Shown piece by piece: positions 17,620-27,896 of a DNA stretch of 64,000 nt. Within the stretch, counting starts at the first letter, position 1. Every line of letters begins with the position of its first letter. A program made the position numbers and the translations under genes. This DNA comes from a bacterium (GTDB lineage Bacteria > UBP15 > UBA6099 > JAJRTR01). The notes under the pieces are model-generated. The model made no database searches. It saw nothing but the letters and a program-made list of their open reading frames with translations, and was not told the origin of the DNA. The stretch is from assembly GCA_024278215.1 (NCBI GenBank), contig JAJRTR010000204.1:1-64000 (forward strand), written 5' to 3'.

Positions 17620-18627
17620 TTATTTCTTGTGCCTCAGCACTATGTGTTCACCCCATGCTGGAACCACATAAGGTCGTTTTATTGTGCGGAGCACATTATA
17701 GACATATTCATAACTGCGGCGGCCGTTGGGCGGGTGCCCGAGTTCGTTCTCGTGGCTCGACATGACAAGGTCGGGGTTCACGTATTTCAGAAGCGATGCC
17801 AGGTCCGTACTCCATATATTGGGGATCAGCAGATCGATGTGCAGAGGTTTTTTGAATCTGCGGAACCACTCGTGCCCGACATTGTAAATATTGTTGTTGT
17901 CGCCCAGATGCATTATCCTGTTCCCGTTGTCCGGCATAATCATATACACGTTGTTGGCAGTTTTTTTCTGGACACTCGGGAAGACATATACTTTTGCACC
18001 CGGATAATTCAGTTTTCCGTTGCGCAGCACGGTCAGTTCGTCGTTCCGCGGGTAGTCGGGCCAGAAGAGTTCGGGAACGACAACCGGCTTGTTGCGGTCG
18101 AGAAACATATCGGCGACACGTTTGTCCGCATGGTCTCCATGCACGTGCGTAATCAGCAGAACATCGAGATTATCGACAAGTTTTCCAAGTGTGCCGTCGT
18201 CGATTTCCACCTGGTCGAAACCCTTGATAAGGTCGATGACGATTTTGATCTTGTTAGTCTGAATAATTTCAGAATGGTTGTAGAGCTTCCAGACGATTGT
18301 GTCCTCACCGGGTTCGAGTGCGAGAAAATCTTTCATAAAGTCGGACATTCTGCTCCTGAAGTAATAGCCGACGCAGGGAAATTGCGGGGCTTCCTTTATG
18401 TATAGCGGCTCGTCGATTGTCTTGAGTATTCTCTCGCGCTCCGCCTGCGACTTTCCGGGTTCAGGAGCCTGCCGGAGCCAGAGATCGAGCGATCTGAAAC
18501 GATCTTCGTATTTTACGGAAAGTTCCTTAACACGAGCACTCGTTTCGCTTTTTAGAACAGCGGCAACGGCATTTGTAAATAGTAAAAATGAAAAAAATAA
18601 TGTGATTAATATTACACCCTGATTCAA
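17620..18627 (-). CDS. MBL-fold metallo-hydrolase (exported)
   Basis: THVHGDH, HLGD and SSHENE motifs. Start uncertain; TTG 18627 chosen to avoid overlap with the divergent gene. Confidence 0.8.
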   Translation of the reverse strand: MNQGVILITLFFSFLLFTNAVAAVLKSETSARVKELSVKYEDRFRSLDLWLRQAPEPGKSQAERERILKTIDEPLYIKEAPQFPCVGYYFRSRMSDFMKDFLALEPGEDTIVWKLYNHSEIIQTNKIKIVIDLIKGFDQVEIDDGTLGKLVDNLDVLLITHVHGDHADKRVADMFLDRNKPVVVPELFWPDYPRNDELTVLRNGKLNYPGAKVYVFPSVQKKTANNVYMIMPDNGNRIMHLGDNNNIYNVGHEWFRRFKKPLHIDLLIPNIWSTDLASLLKYVNPDLVMSSHENELGHPPNGRRSYEYVYNVLRTIKRPYVVPAWGEHIVLRHKK

Positions 18628-18664
18628 ACGCCATTGTGTCGTAATCCTGCTATAATTGAATTTG

Positions 18665-19582
18665 ATGAATAATACGGTCTTTTTCATTTCCTCACTTATT
18701 ATCCTTTTCACAGGTTTTTTCAGGGTATCCGCAATTGAAGCGGCAACACCCGACAGATGCACTATAATCATGGGTGCCCTGACTGATATGATTATCACCG
18801 ATATGGGTAAATTCTACAACAGCCACTTCGAACCGTACAAGAAAGTAATAGAATCAACCGGTTGCGAAACGGAATTAAGATTCTTTGGAACCTGCGACGA
18901 GTTGATTGAAGCGGGTAATGATGGAGATATAGATGTAGCCGCAACACGCAGCGCATGTTATCTGAGAGCGAGACAAATGCTAGGCGTCGAATCGTTTGCC
19001 GCATTCGGATCAAATAAAACTTTGATGCACAGAGCGACTATCCTTGTGAAGAACAACAGTCCTTTCGATAAATTCGAAGACCTGAGGGGAGCCGTTTTCA
19101 GCACGATCAAAAGCAGTTCTTTCGAATACAATATTTATCCAAGATACCTGTTGAAGAAGCGAATCGGTGAGAAGTCCGGGGAGTTTTTCAGTGAGGTTAT
19201 GAAATGCCCGTCTATCTTCTCCGCAATCTATTCCGTGGTTTACAGCGAAGCCGACGCGGTTGTCGTTGATGAGGAATATCTGAACATCAAACTTGTGAGC
19301 GACAATCTACGGCCCATCGAATACTCTTTCGATGTTCCGTATCCTGTTATTTACGTATTCCCCGGCCATGATAAGTCAATTGTAGATGATACATCGAACT
19401 TCCTCAGAAGTATTCTGAAATTGCCGAAAGAGTCAAAATATATTGGTAACTTTTTCAGATTAAACGCCAGTGTGTTATGGGTGACGGATTCGGACTTCGA
19501 CGCATTTCGTGAAGACATGCAAGATAAAGGGCTGCTCGAATTGGTTATGGAAAAATCCGGGGCTGCCGCGTCGGGCGAATAA
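18665..19582 (+). CDS. PhnD/phosphate-phosphonate-type substrate-binding protein
   Basis: Signal peptide; ILVKNNSPF..FEDLRG and AIYSVVYSEADAVVVD motifs. Confidence 0.7.
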   Translation: MNNTVFFISSLIILFTGFFRVSAIEAATPDRCTIIMGALTDMIITDMGKFYNSHFEPYKKVIESTGCETELRFFGTCDELIEAGNDGDIDVAATRSACYLRARQMLGVESFAAFGSNKTLMHRATILVKNNSPFDKFEDLRGAVFSTIKSSSFEYNIYPRYLLKKRIGEKSGEFFSEVMKCPSIFSAIYSVVYSEADAVVVDEEYLNIKLVSDNLRPIEYSFDVPYPVIYVFPGHDKSIVDDTSNFLRSILKLPKESKYIGNFFRLNASVLWVTDSDFDAFREDMQDKGLLELVMEKSGAAASGE

Positions 19583-19661
19583 ATCTCCGCTTGAACCAGT
19601 GAAGTAAGCCTCTACGCTACCGCTCCCCAGCTATTGTCTGAAATGCGATAAACTCACCTTA

Positions 19662-19839
19662 GAGCCAATTGCAAAATTCTGATTTTGCTGCGGTCGGCTG
19701 CTATTGTCCTTAGCTGCGTTGTCGGCAAAAAATCGTCCTCGACGTACTCTACAAGTACGCCTGCGAGGATTTTACACCTCCGCCTTGCTCTGCACAATTT
19801 CGCTCGACCTCGCTATGAACATAATTTTGCAATTGGCTC
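19662..19839 (-). mobile_element. MITE family 1, copy B (178 bp, inverted)
   Basis: Same terminal inverted repeats and internal sequence as copy A, reverse orientation; TTA flanks. Confidence 0.9.
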
Positions 19840-19900
19840 CTTATAGTACGATGAACACAGGCTATTACGAGCATTATTGCTTGAGCGACCGGTATTGGGC

Positions 19901-20533
19901 TTACATATATTTCAGTGCGACATTCACCAGCTTGTGTGCGAGCAACTCCGCTGTCACAACGAGGTCTTCAATATGGAACAGCCTGTCGGCAGTGGAATCG
20001 AAAAGCATATTGGCTTCCGCCGGGAGCCCCGGCTCGGCTTCATACACGACGGCCAGCACCGGCATCTTCGGGAAAGGCCAAAACCTGCCGCCCGCGTCGC
20101 CCATATCGACTTTCTCGCCTTTCAGCTCTTCGACGGTTTTAATAAGTAACGCGGACCGGTCGCCGAATCGCCTGATGAGGATGTTGTCGCTGCGCCGCCG
20201 GATTACCTGTTCGTACATCTCGAGCCCGCGAAAAGCCTTAAGCGGCATAATATCACCTGTCGGCTCGACATCCTTCGCCTGCCACAGCAGGTGCAGCGTG
20301 AGGATGCGGAACTGAAGCGGCATATCGCGGCCTGTCAACATGTTTTTTATATCCCACGTATCGCAGTCGACGCTGAATCGCGTCCCGAGCGAATCGAACT
20401 CGAGTGCCGCGCCGTCTCCCGTCCCCGCCACATAATCAAATCCGCACACAAGCGCACGTTCCCGTGCATCAACTCCGGCGAGTTCGCCTTTCGCCTCTTC
20501 GAGTACTTTCATGTAATGTTTTCGTGAATACAT
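19901..20533 (-). CDS. DUF3786-like protein
   Basis: ILTLHLL, PFPKMPV..V.YE.E..LPAEANMLFD and EDLVV motifs. Confidence 0.7.
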   Translation of the reverse strand: MYSRKHYMKVLEEAKGELAGVDARERALVCGFDYVAGTGDGAALEFDSLGTRFSVDCDTWDIKNMLTGRDMPLQFRILTLHLLWQAKDVEPTGDIMPLKAFRGLEMYEQVIRRRSDNILIRRFGDRSALLIKTVEELKGEKVDMGDAGGRFWPFPKMPVLAVVYEAEPGLPAEANMLFDSTADRLFHIEDLVVTAELLAHKLVNVALKYM

Positions 20534-20547
20534 GTTTTTGTCCTGTT

Positions 20548-21900
20548 CTATTTATCTGTCGTAATACGCGGCTTTCTCGATGGTATGAACCATACAAACA
20601 AAATAATAATCAACGGAAAGATGAAATTAAAGAAGCCGATGTCGATGCCCCGACTGCCAAGAAACGCGCCGGCGAGGTTGTTCATTCCGGGTCTGTATTG
20701 CGCACCCATGAACTCGCGCAGAAATCGGTCCGCGCCGCCGAAATTGATAATCAGCGAAAAACCGCTCAGAAAACAGAAAGCATTTCTCAGCCACCTGTTG
20801 CTGAAATCAATAAAGGTAAGTGGCAGCATGAGGAAGGGAAGAAGCGGCATGAAAAAACGCGCGCTGTAGGCGTCGAGCCAGCTCTCGCAACTGTTGAAAT
20901 ACAAATATCCGAGCGCCATGAAAAGCACCATGGCCGCCTGGCGACGAAACAGCATAAAACGCCGGAATCCTGCAATCGAGAAGACAACGACAATATTCGT
21001 AAAAAAGAATCCCCAGCCTGAAAACAGCACACGTATCAGGCGGGTGGCGTTCCCCGCGGAAGGCAGCGAAATGCCGTAGAATCCCGTCGAGTGCAGTTGA
21101 TCGTATAGATAAGAATATGAGTAGGAAAGCGGCCACGGCGCGCCGAATGCCCATGTATTGTAAAGCAACAAAAGCGAAACCGCCACCGCGAAACCCAGAA
21201 GTGTCTGAGCGATATACCTGCGGCCCGCTACTGCATAACCCAGAAGACAGACGGCGGTTATCGCTGCGTAATAATCGCTGAGTACGGCCGCGCCCGCGAG
21301 CAGTCCGCCTGCCGCGGCGAGGCCTGCCGCGCCGCGACCCGCCTGCACGCGAGCCAGGCAATAAAACGATGCTAAACCGCAACAGGCGGTTATCGCCGAC
21401 GAGAAAAACACCGTGCCGTAGAACAGCGCCATCGTGCCGAGACCGTATACAAGGGCGATTGTGACCGCCCGGCGCTCGTCGTCCACCAACATCTGCACGA
21501 TTTCATATATAAGAACCGCAGTGAGCGCGGTGCATACTCCCGTGGTGAAGAGTGATACGAAAAACACAATCCAGTTAAGTGGAAGGCCCGCCCTCGAAGC
21601 GATGAAATAGACAGGTACAGCGAGGAAAGAACCAAGCGGCGCTTTGTCTGAAAATATGCGGTCGCCGGAACGTGCGAAGTCCCTGATCTTCCAGCCGGGA
21701 GAAATCACCCGCGGCAGCACATTCGTGATCTCGGGGCCGCCCGTGTCGACAATCGCCGCTGTCAGACTGAACCGCGAAGCGTCATTTGTCGTGAGGTAAT
21801 CGTTGGTGAAAAACGCGTACACAATCAGGCATGAAAAAAATATGCGAAGCGCGTTTCCGGCGGTTGAAGTGTTGTTGTTTTCGCTGTCGTTAAAAGACAT
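20548..21900 (-). CDS. Polytopic membrane protein, GT-C glycosyltransferase-like
   Basis: About 11 TM helices; first loop NDASRF..SDKAP; RFFMPLLPFL. Confidence 0.6.
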   Translation of the reverse strand: MSFNDSENNNTSTAGNALRIFFSCLIVYAFFTNDYLTTNDASRFSLTAAIVDTGGPEITNVLPRVISPGWKIRDFARSGDRIFSDKAPLGSFLAVPVYFIASRAGLPLNWIVFFVSLFTTGVCTALTAVLIYEIVQMLVDDERRAVTIALVYGLGTMALFYGTVFFSSAITACCGLASFYCLARVQAGRGAAGLAAAGGLLAGAAVLSDYYAAITAVCLLGYAVAGRRYIAQTLLGFAVAVSLLLLYNTWAFGAPWPLSYSYSYLYDQLHSTGFYGISLPSAGNATRLIRVLFSGWGFFFTNIVVVFSIAGFRRFMLFRRQAAMVLFMALGYLYFNSCESWLDAYSARFFMPLLPFLMLPLTFIDFSNRWLRNAFCFLSGFSLIINFGGADRFLREFMGAQYRPGMNNLAGAFLGSRGIDIGFFNFIFPLIIILFVWFIPSRKPRITTDK

Positions 21901-21905
21901 TCATG

Positions 21906-22961
21906 TCACGCGTTGCTGTCCTTTATAAGCAATTCGAGTTTGCGGAGTGCCGCGCCGCTGTCTATGCTCTCTTCAGCACGCGCCACGCCTTCTTTGAAGC
22001 CACCGACTTTACTTGCGGAAACCAGTGCGGCGGCGGCATTGAGAAGCACGACATTTCGCGCCGCATTCTTCGCGCCATTGAGAACCTTCATCGCTATATC
22101 CGCGTTCCTGGCAGCGTCTCCGCCGCGTATGGCCCTCACATTCACGCTCTTCATGCCGAAGTCTTCAGGCGCGATCCTGAAAGTTTTAAGTCGACCGGAT
22201 TTGAGCTGCGTAATTTTTGTGGGTCCTGTGATAGTGATCTCGTCGAAACAGCCGTCGCCGTGCACAACCATCGCTGCCCTGACGCCGAGGTTCTTCAATA
22301 CCCGCGCCATCACTTCCGTCAACTCCGGTTTGTACACGCCCAGCACTTGCACATTTGCCGATGCGGGGTTGGTAAGCGGGCCGAGAATATTGAAGATCGT
22401 CCGTATGCCGATCTCGCGGCGTGGGCCGATGGCGTGTTTCATCGCACTGTGAAAAAGAGGCGCGAAAAGGAACCCGATGCCGATGCGCTCGATGCAGGCT
22501 TTAACTTTTTTCGGCGGGATGTCGATGTTCACGCCGAGCTGGCGCACGACATCCGCACTGCCGCACTTGCTCGAAACGGACCTGTTGCCGTGTTTCGCGA
22601 CAGTCACGCCCGCGCCCGCCACGACGAAAGCGACAGTGGTCGAGATATTGAACGTGTTGGTGCCGTCGCCGCCGGTACCGCATGTGTCCAGTATTGTTTC
22701 CTCGTCGATGTTGATATCCTCGCGGTCGATGTTCACGACATCATTGCGCTTTATGAGCAGCGCCACCGCCTTCTCGCGCATCGCCTGCGCGCTTCCGGTG
22801 ATCTCGTCTACCGTCTCGCCCTTGAGCCGCAGAGCGGTAATGTAGCAGGCTATCTGCGCGGGTGTCGCGTCGCCGCTCATGATTATTCCCATCGCCGCGC
22901 GCGCTTCCGCGCTGCTGAGATTATTACCCTCGATAACTTTCCTGATATACGGTTTGATCAT
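21906..22961 (-). CDS. trpD: Anthranilate phosphoribosyltransferase
   Basis: DTCGTGGDG..TFNIST, KHGNRSVSSKCGSAD and RTIFNILGPLTNP motifs. Confidence 0.97.
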   Translation of the reverse strand: MIKPYIRKVIEGNNLSSAEARAAMGIIMSGDATPAQIACYITALRLKGETVDEITGSAQAMREKAVALLIKRNDVVNIDREDINIDEETILDTCGTGGDGTNTFNISTTVAFVVAGAGVTVAKHGNRSVSSKCGSADVVRQLGVNIDIPPKKVKACIERIGIGFLFAPLFHSAMKHAIGPRREIGIRTIFNILGPLTNPASANVQVLGVYKPELTEVMARVLKNLGVRAAMVVHGDGCFDEITITGPTKITQLKSGRLKTFRIAPEDFGMKSVNVRAIRGGDAARNADIAMKVLNGAKNAARNVVLLNAAAALVSASKVGGFKEGVARAEESIDSGAALRKLELLIKDSNA

Positions 22962-23146
22962 CCTGAACCTCGTTTCCCCGATGTTTTTATTTTCACGTGT
23001 AAGGCATAGCGTATAGTATTCTAATAAAAACAAACCCTGCCGCGCAACTTGAACTTTGCGCCGCGCCGATGTAATCTCAATTATGTATCCGAATAGAGTC
23101 GTTATTCATATATGTAAAAGCAAATACACATGAGGGCGAACAAATC

Positions 23147-24817
23147 ATGAAAAGTGATGCGATAAAAAAAGGACACGCGAAGGCACCTCACAGGTCGCTT
23201 ATGAAAGCGCTTGGGCTGACGGATGAAGAGATGCGGCGGCCGCTGATAGGTGTCATCAATTCGAAAAATGAGATAGTGCCGGGACACTTACACCTCGACA
23301 CACTGACCGACGCGGTCAAGGCGGGCATAAGGATGGCGGGCGGCACACCCATCGAGTTCCCGGTGATAGGTGTATGCGACGGAATCGCGATGAACCATAT
23401 CGGGATGAAGTACTCGCTGGCAAGCCGTGAGATTATCGCCGATTCGATAGAGGTAATGGCGACGGCACATGCCTTTGACGCGCTGGTGGGCGTGACGGCC
23501 TGCGATAAGATAACACCGGGCATGCTGCTGGCGTTCGCGAGGCTGGACCTGCCGGCGATAATCGTGGGCGGCGGCCCGATGCTGCCCGGGCGGCTGCGCG
23601 GTCGTAGCCTTGATCTCATTGACGTATTCGAAGGTGTCGGACAGCTTAAGACAGGCAGGATCAGCGCGTGTGAATTGAAAGATATCGAAGACGCGGCGTG
23701 TCCGAGCTGCGGCTCGTGCGCGGGGATGTTCACCGCAAATTCGATGAGCTGCCTCTGCGAGGCGATCGGCATTGCTCTGCCGGGCAACGGCTCGGTCCCC
23801 GCCGTCTATTCCGAGCGTGTGCGCATGGCCAAAGAGTCGGGGATGCGTATCATGGAATTGCTCGAAAGGGACATACGACCTTCGGACATCATCACTAAAA
23901 AGTCGATAGAAAACGCGTTCGCTATGGACATGGCGCTTGGATGTTCGACGAACACGGTGCTGCATGTGCTCGCGCTCGCGACGGAAGCAGGCATCGACGT
24001 CGGACTCGAGGACATCGACAGGATAAGCAAAAAAACGCCCAACCTGTGCAGGCTCAGGCCCGGCGGCGATCACTATCTTGTGGACCTCTACGAGGCTGGC
24101 GGCGTGCCGGCGGTGATGAAAGAACTTGCGAAAAAGAAACTTGTCCATACTGACGTTATCACAGCGACGGGAAAGAAACTCTCGGAAAACTTGAAGAAGG
24201 CGGAGAACATCGACAAAACCGTTATCAGGCCGATAAATAAGCCGTATACGAAAACCGGCGGCCTGACTGTTCTGTGGGGAAACCTCGCGCCCGACGGCGC
24301 GGTCGTCAAAAGCAGCGCCGTCGCGGAAAGTATGCAGTCGCACAGCGGCCCGGCACGTGTTTTCAACTCGGAAGAGAGCGCGTACAAAGCGATACTCGGC
24401 GGAAAGATAAAGGCCGGCGACGTGGTTGTCATTCGCTATGAAGGACCGCGCGGCGGTCCCGGCATGAGGGAAATGCTGTCGCCCACTTCGGCGGTTATCG
24501 GCATGGGACTTGGCGAAACGGTATCGCTTATCACGGACGGTCGCTTCTCGGGCGGCACGCGCGGCGCGGCCATCGGTCACGTATCGCCGGAGGCAATGGC
24601 GGGCGGCCCCATCGCGCTTGTTAAAGAAGGCGATGTCATTTCTTTCGATATGAAGAAACGCCGTATTTCCGTAGCCCTCAGCGACGAAGAGCTTGAGACG
24701 CGACGCGCGAAACTGAAACTTCCGAAACCGAAAATCACTGCCGGTTATCTGGGCCGCTACGCGCAGATGGTCCGGTCCGCCAACCTCGGCGCCGTGCTGA
24801 AAACGATAGACGATTGA
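23147..24817 (+). CDS. ilvD: Dihydroxy-acid dehydratase
   Basis: [31 protein letters not shown] and TDGRFSG motifs. Confidence 0.97.
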   Translation: MKSDAIKKGHAKAPHRSLMKALGLTDEEMRRPLIGVINSKNEIVPGHLHLDTLTDAVKAGIRMAGGTPIEFPVIGVCDGIAMNHIGMKYSLASREIIADSIEVMATAHAFDALVGVTACDKITPGMLLAFARLDLPAIIVGGGPMLPGRLRGRSLDLIDVFEGVGQLKTGRISACELKDIEDAACPSCGSCAGMFTANSMSCLCEAIGIALPGNGSVPAVYSERVRMAKESGMRIMELLERDIRPSDIITKKSIENAFAMDMALGCSTNTVLHVLALATEAGIDVGLEDIDRISKKTPNLCRLRPGGDHYLVDLYEAGGVPAVMKELAKKKLVHTDVITATGKKLSENLKKAENIDKTVIRPINKPYTKTGGLTVLWGNLAPDGAVVKSSAVAESMQSHSGPARVFNSEESAYKAILGGKIKAGDVVVIRYEGPRGGPGMREMLSPTSAVIGMGLGETVSLITDGRFSGGTRGAAIGHVSPEAMAGGPIALVKEGDVISFDMKKRRISVALSDEELETRRAKLKLPKPKITAGYLGRYAQMVRSANLGAVLKTIDD

Positions 24818-24862
24818 ACCTGGTGCTCGACCGGAAATAACTTCGGGGAACCCGGGGAGGTA

Positions 24863-26209
24863 ATGAAAATGGATCGTGATAGAATGGAATTTTTAAGGGA
24901 ACTGCAATTTGACAGGCGGTCGTTCCTGCGTGCGATGGGCGCAGCGGCGGCAGCGGTGGGCGTGGCAGGGATTTCGCCTGTAAAGACCGCCGCGAAGGTG
25001 ACGGCGGGTAACCACGTGTCGAAACCGACCCTTATTTCACCAAACACTTTCGGCCCTGCAACGGCTATGAAAGGAAGTCCGATCAGCGCGCGGTTGCTGC
25101 TGCCCGAGGGTGCGTCTCTAAGGAAAGCGAAACTGATAAATGAAGCTGCACCTTCCAAAACTGTTAACCTCAAGATCGATATGTCCGCTGTGCAGGGCGG
25201 AGTTGCGGAACCGGTTTTTACTCCTGAAAAAACGAGTGGCGACGGACCGCACACGCTCGAGCTGACATTCGAGACTGACACCGGCAATACGACGATTACA
25301 CGTCCACATGCCGTATGGTATAGGGCCGGCTTCCCTGAAAAGTTCACATTTGGGATACTCGCCGATTACCATGTGGGCGATAACCGGGGCAAGAGAATAG
25401 CTCCGCATATTAATCTTACGAAACTGCGCGGCAGGGTGTTGAAAAGCCTCGCGGCGGCGCAGCCGGAGTTTGTGCTTGTGGCGGGCGACATAGTCTTCCA
25501 GCCGGGAATGTATGCAAAAGACTACAGGACGTTATTCGACGAATTGTCAGGCAATTTGAATGCGCCGGTCTATGTCGTGCCGGGCAACCACGACCTGATG
25601 AAATTGCAAATGGGCAATCTGTGGCGGATCGAGGGCTACGATTTCTGGCGGGATTACATCGGACCGCCGAAACAGGCGTTCTCTTTCGGCAGGCACAGGT
25701 TCATCGGCATCAACAGCCACGACCGTCCCGAAGCCGACCGCGACGTAACGAAGATATTCTCAGAACTCGACAACAAGAAGGTCATCTGGACGTTGGCTTC
25801 CGGCGCTTTGCAGGCGGCACAATACGAATGGATAAAAGCTGAGTTGAAAAAAGCAAACGGAGAGGACATGATAATATCCGTGTTCGGGCACCACACGCCA
25901 CTTGGCGATATGGTCGACAAATCACTTCTGTCCGACACGCCGCTGATACCGCCCGGAGAATTCCTCGAAGAGATGGAAAGCACCGGCGTGAAGAACTACT
26001 TCTATGGCCACAAGCACGCGAATGTTTACGACGAACGCGACGGCCTGGCGCTGACATGCACCGGCACGTCCGGCAGTGACCTGGGCGACAACAGCGGCTG
26101 GGGGTACAGGCTGGTCGATGTCGATGGAGACAGATTCGCTTCACATTATGTCGAGGTCGAACCGCATCCACGGAGCAGGAAAAAGAAAGCTGAAACACTA
26201 CATCGTTAA
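24863..26209 (+). CDS. Tat-exported calcineurin-like metallophosphoesterase
   Basis: DRRSFL Tat motif; DYH, GD, GNHD, HH and GHKH motifs. Confidence 0.88.
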   Translation: MKMDRDRMEFLRELQFDRRSFLRAMGAAAAAVGVAGISPVKTAAKVTAGNHVSKPTLISPNTFGPATAMKGSPISARLLLPEGASLRKAKLINEAAPSKTVNLKIDMSAVQGGVAEPVFTPEKTSGDGPHTLELTFETDTGNTTITRPHAVWYRAGFPEKFTFGILADYHVGDNRGKRIAPHINLTKLRGRVLKSLAAAQPEFVLVAGDIVFQPGMYAKDYRTLFDELSGNLNAPVYVVPGNHDLMKLQMGNLWRIEGYDFWRDYIGPPKQAFSFGRHRFIGINSHDRPEADRDVTKIFSELDNKKVIWTLASGALQAAQYEWIKAELKKANGEDMIISVFGHHTPLGDMVDKSLLSDTPLIPPGEFLEEMESTGVKNYFYGHKHANVYDERDGLALTCTGTSGSDLGDNSGWGYRLVDVDGDRFASHYVEVEPHPRSRKKKAETLHR

Positions 26210-26382
26210 CTTCGGGGATTTTTAAACCCGCATTTGTGAAATATGCGGTTAAATGGTGAATGTATCACTCTACGACAAACCCGGTGTGTGGAACCGGCAT
26301 AAGTATCAAAAAACAGGCAGGCTCCGGATAATATATTTATAATGTTAAAAGAGGCACTTAGAAAAACACAGGCAGTGTACGT

Positions 26383-27855
26383 ATGAAAGTCCTTCTGATA
26401 GACCCGATGCGGATCAACCTCGAGACGTATCTTATAATCCCGAATCTGGGTGTCGGGTACCTCGCAACGGCATTGCGACGGGCGGGCCACGAGGTAACGA
26501 TCTGCAACGCCGCGCGTGATTCGCTCACTCCCGAGCAGGTAGCTCAGGATGTCGCCGTCAACCGCTATCACGCTGTCGGCATAACGATTTTCACACCCTA
26601 TTTCACATCGACCGAAAAGTATGCCGGGGCGATCCGGAAGCGGTTCCCCGAAGTGTTGCTGCTCGCGGGTGGCCCGCACGCGATTTTCGAGCCGGAGGAA
26701 GTTTTCGACTTCATCCCGGAGTTCGACTATGCCTGCACCGGCGAGGGCGAAGAAACAGTGCCGATGCTGCTTGCCGAACTCGAAAAAAACGATAATCCAC
26801 CGGTCGAAACGCTCGAGAAAATTCCAAACCTGTGTTTCCGCGAAGGCGACGGATACCGACGCACCGAACGGAAGTTGATAAAAGACATAAGGCCGCTGGA
26901 CCTGCCCGCATGGGACCTGATCGAGCCCCACAAGTTCGCCCTCTATCCCAACGGCATCTTCACGAAACGAAAACATGTCGCGCCGATGGTGACGTCGCGC
27001 GGATGTCCTTTCCCGTGCAGGTTCTGCGGTGCGGGCCGGGCGATGGGCAAAAAGGTCAGGCACCGCGAACCGGAGAGCCTGATCGAGGAGATAGAACTAC
27101 TGCGCGACAAGTACAACATCCACGAAATCCAGTTCATGGACGACAACTTCTCTGTGGACCGCAATTTCGTGCTGCGTGTGTGCGAACTGATGATCGAGAA
27201 GAACCTGGGTGTCGACTGGGGCTGCCCGCCGGGTGTGCGGCTCGACTGCATAGACGACGAAACTGTCGGCATGATGCGGCGCGCGGGGTGCTACTCGACA
27301 TCGGTCGGCATCGAGTCGGGCTGGCAACGTGTGCTGGACCTGATGAAAAAGAAGATCAAACTCGAAAACGTCGAGCCGAATATAGCGATCCTGCGAAAAC
27401 ACGGCATCCGCATCACCGGCCTTTTTATTCTCGGCTTCCCCGGCGAGACTGTCGAGGAAATGCGCGAAACCGTGAAACTCGCGCTCAAGCTGGATATCAA
27501 TCGCGTGAACCTGTTTCCGTTCACACCCTTCCCCGGCAGCGAGATGTACGACAAGCTGAAATCCGAAGGCAAACTCCAGGGCCTCAGCTACGACGAAACG
27601 TATATCCACAACCTCAGTTACTGCGACGAATCCATATCTATTAAGGACCTGATAAAAGTCCAGCGTATGGCGCACTTCAGGTTCTACCTGAGGCCGAGAA
27701 TCATCTGGGGTATCCTCAAGGAGATACATTCAGTTACACAGTTGAAGATTGTGCTTCAGAGAGCGATGAAAATAATCTTTCCGGGGCGTGTCGGACAGCA
27801 TTACCGGGATAATGAAATATCGCGCGCCGCCAACAGTGGACCGAACAATCACTGA
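26383..27855 (+). CDS. Cobalamin-binding radical SAM protein
   Basis: N-terminal B12-binding domain (GGPHA, GEGE); SRGCPFPCRFC; GIESG. Confidence 0.93.
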   Translation: MKVLLIDPMRINLETYLIIPNLGVGYLATALRRAGHEVTICNAARDSLTPEQVAQDVAVNRYHAVGITIFTPYFTSTEKYAGAIRKRFPEVLLLAGGPHAIFEPEEVFDFIPEFDYACTGEGEETVPMLLAELEKNDNPPVETLEKIPNLCFREGDGYRRTERKLIKDIRPLDLPAWDLIEPHKFALYPNGIFTKRKHVAPMVTSRGCPFPCRFCGAGRAMGKKVRHREPESLIEEIELLRDKYNIHEIQFMDDNFSVDRNFVLRVCELMIEKNLGVDWGCPPGVRLDCIDDETVGMMRRAGCYSTSVGIESGWQRVLDLMKKKIKLENVEPNIAILRKHGIRITGLFILGFPGETVEEMRETVKLALKLDINRVNLFPFTPFPGSEMYDKLKSEGKLQGLSYDETYIHNLSYCDESISIKDLIKVQRMAHFRFYLRPRIIWGILKEIHSVTQLKIVLQRAMKIIFPGRVGQHYRDNEISRAANSGPNNH

Positions 27856-27896
27856 AAAAACGGCGCAGCATACCTGTGGTTTATCTCGACCTGCAA

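Noticed and set aside
18628-18798. MBL hydrolase start at 18798
   Set aside because: It would overlap the divergent binding-protein gene and bury the signal-like hydrophobic segment.
21903-24580. Long antisense ORFs (21903-23009, 23288-24580, also 30370-31761, 50161-51099, 59576-60580)
   Set aside because: They are shadows of well-supported genes on the opposite strand, as expected with GC-rich codon usage.
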